Assembly: GCA_028023455.1 (NCBI GenBank)
Contig: JAQFVV010000009.1
Coordinates: forward strand, 13,826,001 to 13,890,000
Origin: Epiperipatus broadwayi
Lineage: Eukaryota; Animalia; Onychophora
DNA: 64,000 bases
Direction: 5' to 3'
The position numbers and the translations under genes were made by a program. This document shows positions 52,017-63,896 of the stretch, in pieces. The number at the start of each line of letters is the position of its first letter. The first letter of the stretch is position 1. The notes beneath the pieces were generated by a model. It saw only the letters and a program-made list of their open reading frames with translations, searched no databases and was not told the DNA's origin.

Positions 52017-53419
52017 ATATAACTTTTAATAATAAAAGAAAATGTCATATAAACCTTGAAATTATTAGTAAAAGTCAAGACCATAAAGATATGTCAATGT
52101 AACAGAAAAATTTTGTAAAATTTAATAAGAATAAAAAATGCTGACTAAATTATGATGCATAATCAGGAAAATCATTCAATGACCTGTCACTTTCATCAGC
52201 AACCACTTGCAAATAAATATATTGTTACAATTCAAATAGAAAATAAACAACAATGGAAATGATGTATTAAAGATAAATTTTATAATAAATACATGAACCA
52301 ATTCATAAAATACCATATATTCACATATATCCCATGCTGAATCTTTAGTCTATTCATTTTATACCCTAGGATGATATATTTTAATGTCATCTACACTAAA
52401 CTTTATTTTTTGAAATATCTCAACATCTTATCTATTGGTAACTTTCTATTGTATTTTATTATCAGCCATAACTTTTCAATAAAAACAACCAATATGTATC
52501 TTTATAATAAAAACCAGGTCTGTCTCTCCCATGAAAATCATGCATTATCATTCATTTTCCATGAAAAACATATTATAATTTATCTTAAATATTTTTACAA
52601 AATCTTTTACCATTATGCCTAATCCAATGAAAATGTGATTTTATGATAACGATGCTCTAGTATCGTATCCTTCATTTTGAACAAAAAATAGTGATTGATC
52701 TTATTATCTTGCCATCAGTTTTAAAATCTTAAAAAATATTTTTAAGTAAAAAAATTTAAAGACTTTATATTATATCAATAAGTAATTCAAATCTCACTTT
52801 CAAGTCTGAATTTGGCAAAATAATGTTTTTGTACAAAAATAATTTAATAGTAGCAGGTATATTAGGATAAACTTTTCTATCTTTTAATCTGCTAAATGCT
52901 AACAACAATATGGTGGAATTTGTGTTATATCTTATATTTAGGTTTCAAGATATTTAAACTGATTCACATTTTCACATTGATAACAATCCAAGCTAAAAGT
53001 TACTGAACATTTTTTTTGATTACTAATTGAACTAGGTTTTATGTTTTTTAATCATTAATTACTAAGCCAAAATCTTAATAGATTGAACTCAAAATATTAA
53101 GAACATTCTATAATCCATATTTTGAATTGACAAGTGTAATGTAGTTGTCAGTTTACTGAAATTATATAAAAGACAAAAAAAATGGTTCAAATTATAACTT
53201 CCTCTATCAAACCTGAAATACAAACTACAAATCTTTGTTTAAATTAATTTTTATTTCAAATAATTCAGATTTTTCACTATAGCAATAATAAAAATTGCTT
53301 TCATCAGTCTGTCACAAATCTATGTGATTCAAATATCTTGACAAAATCAATAGAAGCAGTATATATCAATCTTTATTTCTGACATATTTTTGCATTTTCT
53401 GACAACCAAAACTATGTCT

Positions 53420-54859
53420 GGTAAAACTGCAGTTTACAGGTCACAATAAAATTCGAATTTTGTTTCACATTTTTCTCACCAGAGTGTTTCTTGTCGAATA
53501 TTTAAATAAGAAAATAATTAAAAATAATTAAAATAATAATTAAAAAAATAATTAAAATAATAACAATATATCCTACCAACATTCATAATTACTGTCCATT
53601 GTAGTTTTCGCTTACAATAGTGATAAAATTAGCAAAGACTGCATCAATCGTGTAGAGAGTCCTAAAAGCAAATTCTTGCAGATATGATTCGAATAAAATA
53701 TTGCTGGTCCCGCACTGATGTTTCAGCTTGCGTTTAGCTCTCATCCACATATTTTCCACATTTTGTGTGTGGATATCAGAGTCATGAGGATCTACAAAGT
53801 TCTCCTGGTGTATGATGACAGAGTGCATATATATACCATTATGGATTGTGCTTAAGTTGTTGTATGCACCCCATCCATCCGTAATGATGTGGATCCCTGG
53901 TAAAATATATTCTTGTATTTTTGCTTCGAGAGTCGCAGCTGATTGGTTAAGGACCTCTACCAAGAAACACTTTTCTGAATTTCTTTCTATTCCACCAAAG
54001 ACCCAATGACCTTCTTGAATTGCTCCTCTGTGATATTTTCAATGAAAATATTTTGTTTCATCAACTTTTACGATTTTAGGTGCTCCATTATCATCAAATC
54101 CACCGACCTGCGTTGGATGTCTGTGAAAATATGTTGCGCACTCTTCGCGGCAAAAATTTGCCCAGTCTACTATAGTGTGCCAACTTACACTTAGCTCATG
54201 AACAAGAAAACACTGTGGCAAATTATGTGCCCAATAATATACTACAAGCATAATTGTCTTGAAGGATAAATGGCTTCTAAAAAAAAAGAACCCTTTCTGA
54301 TAGATACATGACGGCGACATAATCTGCATTGCCATCTGTGACCATCTCCACATTCTTGCTGTTTGATGAGAGAACACTGCACGCCGCAATGCTGGCATAG
54401 AGTACTATTTTTAAGCAGGTGCCTCCTTGCTAACCACTTCATTGCTAACTCCGGAGTTCGAAGCTCTTTCGCCAACAGAAACGATGTCCAATTTTCTACG
54501 CGAATATCTGCAGCATGTAACAGTTCATTTTCTGGTACTACAACTACCTTACCATTTAAAGGATTCATTTTATGAATTATGCTGGAAATTAAAAAACACT
54601 TTGAAAAACACGTGTTACAACTTTGGAAAACTTGTAAAATGTGCATCAAGACAATGTAACAATTCCACACTAATTCGACAAGAAACACTGTGGTGAGAAA
54701 AATTTGGACAGTAATTACGAATGTTGGTAGAATATATTGTTATTATTTTAATTATTTTTAATTATTTTCTTATTTAAATATTAGACAAGAAACACTCTGG
54801 TGAGAAAAATTTGAAACAAAATTCGAATTTTATTGTGACCTGGAAACTGCAGTTTTACC
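53420..54859 (-). mobile_element. Merlin-superfamily DNA transposon
   Basis: Long TIRs starting GGTAAAACTGCAGTTT (53420-53598 / 54705-54859), 8-bp TSD (c/t)tatgtct (53412-53419, 54860-54867), and an extra copy of a TIR subrepeat at 54676-54704. Confidence 0.95.
53589..54568 (-). pseudogene. Merlin/ISXO2-like DDE transposase (about 326 aa) with one frameshift and one nonsense codon
   Basis: N-terminal CQHC..WQCRLC zinc finger, then SIRKGSFF, VKVDET, (R)KYHRG, WVFGGIER, IITDGWGAY, HTQNVENMW and YLQEFAF. Frameshift in a T9 run near 54280; in-frame TGA at 54041-54039. Confidence 0.95.
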
Positions 54860-55317
54860 TTATGTCTATTCTACTTCTTTATTCTCTAAACTACTTAGGT
54901 TTTTGGAAATTGTTTATGGGTGGAACCAATCTATTCAACAAAATTCTTAAAATTACTTTTATTATAGTGAATAACAATAATGTTCCATAATTACTATAAT
55001 CTTTTTTATTACTTTTGTTTTATAAACTGGAACTATAAAAGCATTATTAAAACCAGCTGACACAACTCCATTGACCCATATATATTAAGTTCTAATTGTT
55101 TAGAAGTTAACATATACCTATCATTTGTATTTATATATTTAATTATTTTCATCATCTAATATTAAGTATTGAATGTCTTTAAAAAAAATAAACTTTATTT
55201 AAATTTTCCAATTACATTCAACTGTTAGTAATAGCCCACATATTAGTATATGCACAACTTTTTAAGAGGTATTTTTCTCCCATCTTCTTCAAAAGTTGCT
55301 GGCCTGACCAGTGACAG

Positions 55318-55404
55318 TACTAGCAAGGGAATCAAACCTGTATCCTTAAATTCTTAAATTATGAATTTTTAAGATAGTGCTCTAACCAACTGAGTCATCC
55401 TGCC
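55318..55404 (-). promoter_or_regulatory. tRNA-like Pol III type-2 promoter inside the PLE-1 3' region
   Basis: ggcaggatgactcagttggttagagc (A-box/D-arm) ... aaggatacaggtttgattccc (B-box/T-arm). A homologous copy lies in the other arm at 57368-57453. Confidence 0.7.
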
Positions 55405-57471
55405 AAAGGCTTGTTAATTGAGGTTCCTCCTGATTTCTCCATTTTTTCCTTAAGAGCAAAGTTGATTAGTAGTTTTTATATATTATATATAGTCACACTA
55501 AGTTGACTTATGGAATTATTTGCCAATGTCATGTGACCAGCTTCTTTGAATTTTCTTCTTTATATCTTTTCTTCTGTATCCAATATTTTTGTATTTTCCC
55601 AATTGAACATATGTTCACTGGTACAAACATAGTTTGCTGTCTTAGTCACATCTGTTTTTCTCTTCTAATCATCAGTTTGTGTCTCTGAAATCACTTTTCA
55701 ATGGGGTGACTGGTCTTACCAATATATATTCTTCCACATTCCTATGGTATTTGATAAATGTAGTTTTTTTTCTTTTCAGCATTTCAAGTTTAGGCTTTGT
55801 ACATGTTAGAATTCCTCATAGTTTATTATGGCTCTGGAAAACTGTTCTGATGTTATACTGATTGCAGTTGTTCCTTAATTTGTTTTTTATTTTTGGTATG
55901 TATGGATACCTTACCATACTAACGATTATTTTTTTCTTTTAATGGTTATTTTTGTTATCTATTTAAGGTTTTCCTAATGATAGATATCTATTTTTCATAA
56001 GAGTCTGCTCTATATAGATGTTTCTCTTTCCAGATTACTTGTTTCCTTAGTAATAGTATAACTCCATGTTTTGTGTCTCTGATATGATTGTATGCATATG
56101 CTTTTTTTCCTGTATATGTTGGTTTTGTGTAAACTGTAGTTTTAATTTTTTCATGAGGGAGTCTTATCACAAGAATATCTAAAAATGTCAATTTTTTTCT
56201 GATTCTATTGTGAATTTAATCAAAAGGGATATTTTGTTAATGTGTTTTCAGAAAGTTTGTAATAGTGCTTTCACTATGTGGCCATACAACAAATCTATCA
56301 TCAACAAAGAAAAGCCAAACTTTAGCTGGATATGGAGTAGTCTTTATGGATATGGTTTCAAGTTCTCCCATGTAAATATTGCTAATCAGGGGTGACAATT
56401 TTGTTAAAATTTCTGTGTAATATTGAAAGTAGGTTATTAAGCAGAATATTCATAGTTCGATTATACTATCAATTTGAAGATTGTTCTGGTTTATAAGGTA
56501 TTATTACCATTTAATATTTTCTTAAAATAAACAATGCTTTTTCACATGGTACATTTGTGAATAAACTTTCCACATTAAAGTGTACTAATATGTCAGTTTT
56601 TTTTTCAATTTTCATGTTCTTAATTAATTCTATGAAGTATCTAGAATATCTGACAAAGAACTGGTCTTTTATGTCAAAGGACTAAGAACTTTGAGAAGAA
56701 ATCTTGACAAATTTTGGCAAGGTGAATTTCTAGAGTTACCAATAGATCTTAATGGAACATGATTCTTATGGGTTTTAAGTAGACCATAAGTATGAGAAAT
56801 TTTGCTGAAATATGATGTTAGTTTATTTTTTCCTGTATCACCAAATTACCTGCAATGCTTTCTGAATAGTGCTTGTAACTTTGTTTCTGTACTCGGTATT
56901 GGATTTTTTGCCATTGTTGTCATAATTGGTTGTGTCCATTACAATTGTTGCATTACCTAAACTTGAAATACTAAAAAGAAAAAACTGTATATAAAAAATG
57001 CCATGTGAATGTGGAAGAATGTATGTTGGTGAGAACAGACACTCCATTGAAAAGTGGTTGCAAGAGTACAAACTGGTGATTAGAAGACAGAAAAGAGATA
57101 TGTCTGAAGTAGCTGACCATCTATGTACCAATGAACATATGTTCAATTGAGAAAGAACAAAAATATTGAATAGAGAAAAAAAAGTAGAAAGAAGAAAATT
57201 CAGAGAAACTGCTCACATAGCAATGGTGAATAATCCCATAAGTCAATCTAGTGTGACTATACATAAGGTATGGTAACTACTAATCAATTTTGCTCTTAGA
57301 AAAAAGTGGAGAAATCAAGAGGAACCTCATAAATAGGTATATAAAATTTCTACTGATTGTTGCCTTTGGCTGGATGGCTGTGGTTAGTGTGTTACTTTAA
57401 AAAATTTAATATTCAAAAATCTAAGGATCTAGTTTTGATTCCCATGCTAGTACTGTCACTGTCAGTCCAGA

Positions 57472-57515
57472 AACACTTGAAGAGGCAGAATAATACCTCT
57501 TGAAATATTTTACAT
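57472..57515 (+). ncRNA. Degenerate minimal hammerhead in PLE-1 (counterpart at about 55250-55296, minus)
   Basis: aaacac TTGAAGA gg cagaataata cc tctt GAAA tatttt: CTGAAGA..GAAACGTTG-like core eroded at CpGs. Confidence 0.45.
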
Positions 57516-58569
57516 ATATTAATCTATGTGCTATTACTAACAGTTGAATGTAATTGGAAAACTTAAATAAAGTGTAATTTTTCTAAAGATATTCAATACT
57601 TAATGTTAGATGATAGAAATAGTCCAATATATAAATACAACTAAAATACCATCATCATAAACCTTCAGGAAAATATTCTATCATATTCTTAATCTTGTTT
57701 AGATACCTCAACAGATACTACAGACTTTCCATTTTTAAAATTATGAAACTATATATTTTTGTCCAATCTACTGAACAGATAAAATGGATATATTGTTAAA
57801 AAACATCATATCAATTCTTTCATCATTATTCAAAAGATAAACAATATTTCCTCCATCTATTTAAAATAATATCATTATTATATATAAAAAAGTGTCCCTT
57901 ATGAATTTAATAAAATTATAATATGTCCATATGTTACTTTCAATACATCAGAAATTGATCTAAACAGACCACAATCACTGAATATTTGCATTTCTTTTGC
58001 AATTTTAACTTATTAATCATTTTTAAAGTCTTTAGTCAAACTTTTGTATTTGAATCTCTCTATATTGTTTATGAAGTTTCACATTCAATTTATTATTCTT
58101 CCAAGCAGAAAATGTCATATTTCTTTAACTAAATTACAAGAATAAGAACATTATCAGAAAAGCAGTCAGAATTGTTCTCCTTAACAGAATTCCAACTCCC
58201 ATTAACATGATGATCTCAATAAATTTAAATGAGCAATTTTAGTATTTAATAGCTATTGAAATTTATCTTGGATAGTAGATACTTTCAAAAAAAAAAAAAA
58301 CATTAAATATTATACAAATGTGATTGATATTTGAAGAGTTTTTCTCCTTATATTTAGTAGCTGCTGACGTATAAATAGTAAATATGGATCTATTATATAA
58401 TAAATATAGAGTTGATAAAATTGCATTATTTAAAAATTAAATTGGTAATGTGGCAAGAAAATTTAAATTTTGTTTCTATGAGTATATAAATCATTAAGAT
58501 ACCATTTAATTTTGTAAATGTTTATTTTTTATTATACATCTTATTTAATTTTTGTTTTGTATATAACCA

Positions 58570-59170
58570 AAATTCTGGTAATTTTTTTTTTTTTGTATTA
58601 AGATTGTAGAATTGGCAATAAAAAAATTTAAAAGAAAAATAATAATGTTGTGATAGTCATATGACCAGATACCAGAATGAAAGAAAAATAGCTTAAAATT
58701 TGATATAGAAAAAGCTAACGAATGTTTATCATATTTTAATAGTTGAATTATTTTTGGTTAAACTAGAAAGTTAGCCTTGCCGATTATGCATTTAACTGAT
58801 AAAATTTAAAATTAATTATTATTTTCCCAATTTAAAAAAATAAAAGCTGTGGAAATTTTTACAAACATGTACTGGCTTAAACTAGCCATTCATTAAAATT
58901 CTATAAGCTAAATTATGTTATCAAGAAGGAGTTTGAAACCAACTAGCTAGTGATGCATTTATTATCTAAGAGATTGCCTCAGTATAAAAAAATTATCATC
59001 CCATAATCTACAGGAAAGAAAGCAAAACAACAATGTTTTATTAATTATACCAGGAATATAAATATATTAATGTGTGTGTGTGTGTGCATAGATAAGTATG
59101 TTTAAAATAAATGAACTCAAATTCAAATATTTTTTTAGAAAATTGTACATGGCTGTAGATTATTAAGTTA
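58570..59170. repeat. Copy 1 of a ~600-bp direct duplication (partner about 60710-61290)
   Basis: Shared blocks tttaaaagaaaaataataatgttg..gatagtca.atgaccaga, tgtggaaattttta.aaacatgta and atgttttaaaataaat.aactca. Confidence 0.75.
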
Positions 59171-59964
59171 AGATAGCAAAATAAGTTTTTTAGTTATTTG
59201 TAGATATGAATTTGAATATTTTAGTTATCTGTATTTTAAGTGTTTATATATAAAGTTACATTAAAGAGAAAAATGGGGAAAAATCTAACTATAAAATATT
59301 ATTTTATTTTTGATCACAATGTTTGTTTAAGAAAAAAGTTTTCTAAGAGAGTTGCAGTTTGCATTATTACAATGGTTCACAGATTGGTTATGCAGTCATG
59401 CAAAACTCGTTTCTAGAGAAGTCTTTCTCTCTTTTCTTTTTTTTCTCTTGGAGTTAGAATAGCTTTACAGTTTTACAAGAATAGCTGTTTATTTTCATTA
59501 CTAATAAAGTAATTTGGGTTCAATAATTAATAAGATGTGTGCAGTAGAGAAATCATGGATAATGTATTTGTTATTACTAGAAGAATTATTTCTGATTAGC
59601 CATTACTCAACAATAAAAAAAAAAATCTTGGTGCAGTTTATTTATTATATACCAATGAAGTATATCCTGGTATTTGTTAAATGAATAATACATAAAAAAA
59701 ATATGGCATGACTAGTCTTGGATCCCAAATCATCATGCTGTGGCAATTGACTCACCTCATTAAATATATACTTGTGAATGTGATATGATTCAATGATGAT
59801 GCATGGGATGGAAATATGCAATAAATTTATTCAAATGTAAGAATTAACATAGGAAATAATATTTTAAGAAGAATATATTAATGTTATTGGCCTAGCATTT
59901 CATCTAGGATCATATGCGAGCATCTATTCTCATGATAGGATATTAAAAATAATTTTAAGCAAAG

Positions 59965-60018
59965 AAGGCCTAAAATAAACATTAGTCTTATAAGGCCTAA
60001 AATAAACATTAGTCTTAT
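59965..60018. repeat. Perfect 27-bp tandem duplication
   Basis: aaggcctaaaataaacattagtcttat x2. Confidence 0.97.
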
Positions 60019-60075
60019 TCAAATATATGTAACAATAAACATTATTAAAAAAAATCTCACCATTACATTTTGAAT

Positions 60076-60225
60076 TAGAAATTTTTGGAAATGGTGATCT
60101 AAAATGAATTATCACACATAAAAAGATTAGAAATTTTGAAATAGTGATCCAAAGGGCTTCATTACCTTTAAAATTGATTAGAAAATTTTAGAAATATTAA
60201 TCCAATATAGATTATTATATTTAAT
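60076..60225. repeat. Degenerate ~51-bp minisatellite, 3 units
   Basis: attagaaatttt..gaaat.gtgatc.aa recurs three times. Confidence 0.6.
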
Positions 60226-60614
60226 ACAAAGTTAGCTAAAATTAAGTATAATGAATCTTTTAAAACAAGAAGTTTACATATAGACAAATATTATATATTG
60301 CTTTAGATTTTATTTTAACTTGGCAAGGAAATGAAAAAAAAAATAGTGAAGATAAAAGGTAATAGAATAAGCTACAAATCACGTGAGACTATAAGTGAAG
60401 GAAAAAGACAACTTTTTTTTTCATATTTACAAGGTGCTGACATATATAAGAAATATGGGTTTATTATATAATAAGTATATAGGTTACATTGTTTCAAAAA
60501 TTAAATTGAAAATGTGACAAGGAAATTAAAATTTTGTTTGCATTATTATATTAATCATTTAATTTTAAAACATGCATTTCATATATTAAAAATAAAAGTT
60601 TCATTTGTTTATTT

Positions 60615-60691
60615 ATTGGTGGTCGAGAGGTCAGCGGGATAGCGGGTTCGCTTCCCCGGCTGATGCTATGACACATGAGAAGAAAAAAAAA
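60615..60691 (+). mobile_element. tRNA-Gly-derived SINE with internal deletion
   Basis: ttggtggtcgagaggtcagc..gcgggttcgcttccccggctgatgctatgacacatg plus A-tail. Confidence 0.85.
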
Positions 60692-60709
60692 GTCACGTAG
60701 CCTTTAAAA

Positions 60710-61290
60710 TGCTGTTAATTTTTTTTTCTTTATATAATAATTAAACAATCATCAATAAAAAGATTTAAAAGAAAAATAATAATGTTGAAGATAGTCAAAT
60801 GACCAGACTGAAAAAAAAAAAGATTTAAATTTATTATAGAATAAACTAATTGTGATTGACTAATTGTATAAGTTGAATTCTCTAGTCTTTGGTTGAACTA
60901 AAAAATTAGCCTTACTGGTTAAACATTTAATTGATAAAATTATAAATTAATATCATTCAATCAACTAAAAGAAAATGATTTTTAGAAAACAGTAAAATGT
61001 GGAAATTTTTATAAACATGTATTAATCCATCAAGAGCCAAGTATCTAAACCACCATATAGCTACTTCACCAAAATTCTATATTAAAGAATGTTTCCAGGA
61101 CTCATTGTAAATAAATAATCAACAAGCAGTATAAAGAGTAGAAATCAATATAATACAGTGATTTATCATTTAGACTAATAATGTAAACATTTAGTAGGCG
61201 TAGGCACATACATATACATGTTTAAAATAAATAAACTCATAAATGTAAATGTTTTATACAAATGTATATGGCTGTAAATTATTTATTTAA
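60710..61290. repeat. Copy 2 of the ~600-bp direct duplication
   Basis: See 58570-59170. Confidence 0.75.
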
Positions 61291-61612
61291 TAATAAATTT
61301 GCTCTGGCAAAATTAAATGTATAGTTAAAGAAAAGAAGTGTATTTTATGAGATAGTCAGGGATTTATCTAATGTGGGAAACATAGAACTTAAATTTGTCT
61401 TTATAGACAAACAATACTTTATTATGAACAATTTTAGCAATTCTTACAAGATTGTAATATATATGATTTCACAATTAAGTGTGGGTAAAATAAAACTTTT
61501 AAGTAGAAATACAGAATCTGTATTAAAAAAATAATAATAATTATTTATTTAATAATAAATTTGCTCTGACGCAATTAATAAAAGAATAAAATGTAGTATA
61601 TACATGTTAAAT

Positions 61613-63896
61613 AATCAAAAATTATCCCAAAGTCATAACTAAACCAGACTAGCTAAAGAAATAAACTCTAAAACACAACAAATGGTTTCATTGCTGCAAG
61701 CAGACTTCTCAAGTGTAAAGGACTAAAACCTAACAAATTTTATTCTACAAATTACCTACAATTTCCACTTACATCCCATACCAGTTAATTTCTTCAGAAT
61801 CGTTAATTTTAGTAACAAAGATTCTTCAATTTTTCTTTTAATTTTATTTATTTCAAAGAAGACAATCTTAGCCTCATCAAAACTAGTAGTGTGACATGTA
61901 TGTCTTTCATGTATATATAAAGTTTTTGATGCAATTTCATCTATTGAATCTAGAAACTTAAGTGATGAGTAGAAAATTGGCATTCAATTGGTTTAAAATA
62001 AAAATTAAAAAAGAAAGGAAAATTTTATTACTAATCCTGCTGAGGTTAGACATCTTAAGAATAGGTTAATTGCTGATGATGTGATCTTTTCTTCTGAAGA
62101 CAAGGCTAGCTAATTTGTCATTATGAAAAGAAATGAGTTTCAGGAGAAAAGAAATATAGAATTAAATAATGGTAAATGTTTATTTTTTGAAAAAAGATTC
62201 TGCTAGTGCAGATTAAAAGGAAGTCAATATATATTATTAAAAAAATGGTAAATTTAAAATTTTTAATAAAGTAGATTATTTAATATGTTATCTTAATAAC
62301 TTAATATCAGGTAAGATATGTTTATGAATTTTAATACTCACAAAGGTGGTTTTCCTTTAAGATTTATTTTTGACTTTACAGGTAGAGTTGGTGGGAGTAT
62401 TTTTAGGTTCCTGGATAACTTTTTAAAACAATTTGTTAATTTTGGTTATTACACAGTTTCTTCTTTTGAAGCTTTTTATAAGAGTAATTTTAAAATGGAA
62501 AGTAATTGGGTATTTGGTAATTTGGATATTGAGAATATGTGTAAATCTGTTAATAGTTTAAGCAGTATTAATGTTCTTATGTCTGTGTTGATTATAAATG
62601 GATCTTTGTCAAAGAATAAAATTAAAGTTATTAAAAATTTGCTTTTATTATTGGAGAATTCTAGGTATTTTACTTATAATATTAATTTTTGTAAGATTAG
62701 GGATGGCTAATATGTATTTTAATTTGTTAAGTTTATATTAATTATTTGGAAGAGGAAATTATTATTAAGAAGAATTGTCATTATTTAAAGTTATTTATTA
62801 GATATGTTGATGATTGTTTGTTTATAGTTCAAAATGATAAATTGAAAGTTGGTAAAAGAATTTAATTGTTTTGATCCTTCTATAAAATATATTGTAGGAG
62901 GGGGGATTAGATTCTGTTAAAATTAAAATTTTTAGATTTATTAGTAATAAAAAGTATAAACAATAATTGTTTGGTATGTAGCCACTGTGTTGAGAGTAAT
63001 GATTTAATATCTAGAATTAAACTTGATAGCTATCAATCTGTATCTCATAAGTTAGCTGCTTTAATAAATTATTGTTATAGAAATAAGTGATTAAATAATT
63101 CTAATGGGATAGCTTTGTTTCAGAAAGGTCAATTTTATAAAGATTCTTTGAGTGTTGGCTACTCTGATAAATTTATTAAAAGTATTTTATAACATTAATT
63201 ATGGTTATGTTAATAATTGCAATAATGTGAAAGATAAAAAAAATTTGATTTTATTTCTTTGCTTTTTTAATTATCTTCTTATGAAATTGTAAATAAAAAT
63301 AGAAATTTGTTTGGAAATAAGAAAATTGCTTAGAAAAGGGATATTATTTTAAATAACTAATTAAACAATACAAAGAAAAATTTTAATAGAAAGACTATTC
63401 CTGGAGTATTATATATTATCCTTTGTTTTTATAAGAAGATATATATAAATCAGAGTAGATTGTGTTTAAATGAAAGAATAAAAATATATAAATGTAGAAT
63501 TAGAAATAAATATCTCAGTACTGCTTTATATACTCATGAAAGAGATACGGACCACACTATTAGTTTTGATGAGACTAAGATTGTCTTCTTTGAAATAAAT
63601 AAAATTAAAAGAAGAATTAAAGAATCTTTATTACTAAAAATTTGTGATTCTGAAGCAATTACCTTGTTTAAAAGTTCTCTAATATTAAGAGAGTGTGGGA
63701 TTAAGTGGGAATTGTGGGTAATATGTAGTATATATTTGTTATGTTTTAGTCCTTTACACTTTGAAAGTCTGCTTGTAGCAATGAAACCATTGGTTGTGTT
63801 TAGAGTTTATTTCTTTGTCTAGTCTAATTTAGTTATGAATTTGGGGCAATTTTGATTATTTTATTAAATAATTTAGCTTTAGACTTTTTATGTTTG
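61613..63896 (+). mobile_element. Penelope-like element PLE-2: inverted 3' segment (61613-61920, minus) plus main copy (about 61921-63896, plus)
   Basis: DVIFSSEDK.S.FVIM, LDIENM and FIRYVDD (62800-62814); GIY-YIG GVLYIILC..KIYINQS...FDETKIVFFE...RRIKESLL. Perfect TSD catgttaaat (61603-61612, 63897-63906); 35-nt tail at 63862-63896. Confidence 0.92.
63756..63799 (+). ncRNA. Degenerate hammerhead in the PLE-2 3' region (counterpart at about 61674-61717, minus)
   Basis: acac tttgaaa gtctgcttgtagcaat GAAA ccattgg TT^gtgt: stem I acac/gtgt and palindromic stem III retained; the CUGANGA box is eroded. Confidence 0.5.

Larger units (their letters stand above)
55055..57638 (-). mobile_element. Penelope-like element PLE-1: 5'-truncated main copy (55055-56957, minus) plus inverted 3' segment (56958-57640, plus)
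   Basis: RT motifs GNATIVMD, NVESLFTNVP, SPLISNIYM, FVDD, IKFTIE, TFLDILV and TVYTKPT; GIY-YIG IYQIP*ECGRIYIGKT and MPCECGRMYVGE. About 70-nt tail on the main arm; diverged ~24-bp TSD (55031-55054 / 57639-57663). Confidence 0.92.
52150..58260 (-). mobile_element. Decayed RTE (BovB-like) LINE hosting the Merlin and PLE-1 insertions
   Basis: RT motifs read across the insertions: KNGKS..FPEG (57670-57750) | NNAFIVPVYK, NY..LLL..IKVILRILLNRL, FRENRSRID (54860-55054) | IVLVVRK, ASIDFVKIFES (53320-53419). Confidence 0.75.

Noticed and set aside
53589-54568. Bacterial IS1595/ISXO2 contamination
   Set aside because: It is inserted with a TSD into a eukaryotic LINE and has long Merlin-type TIRs.
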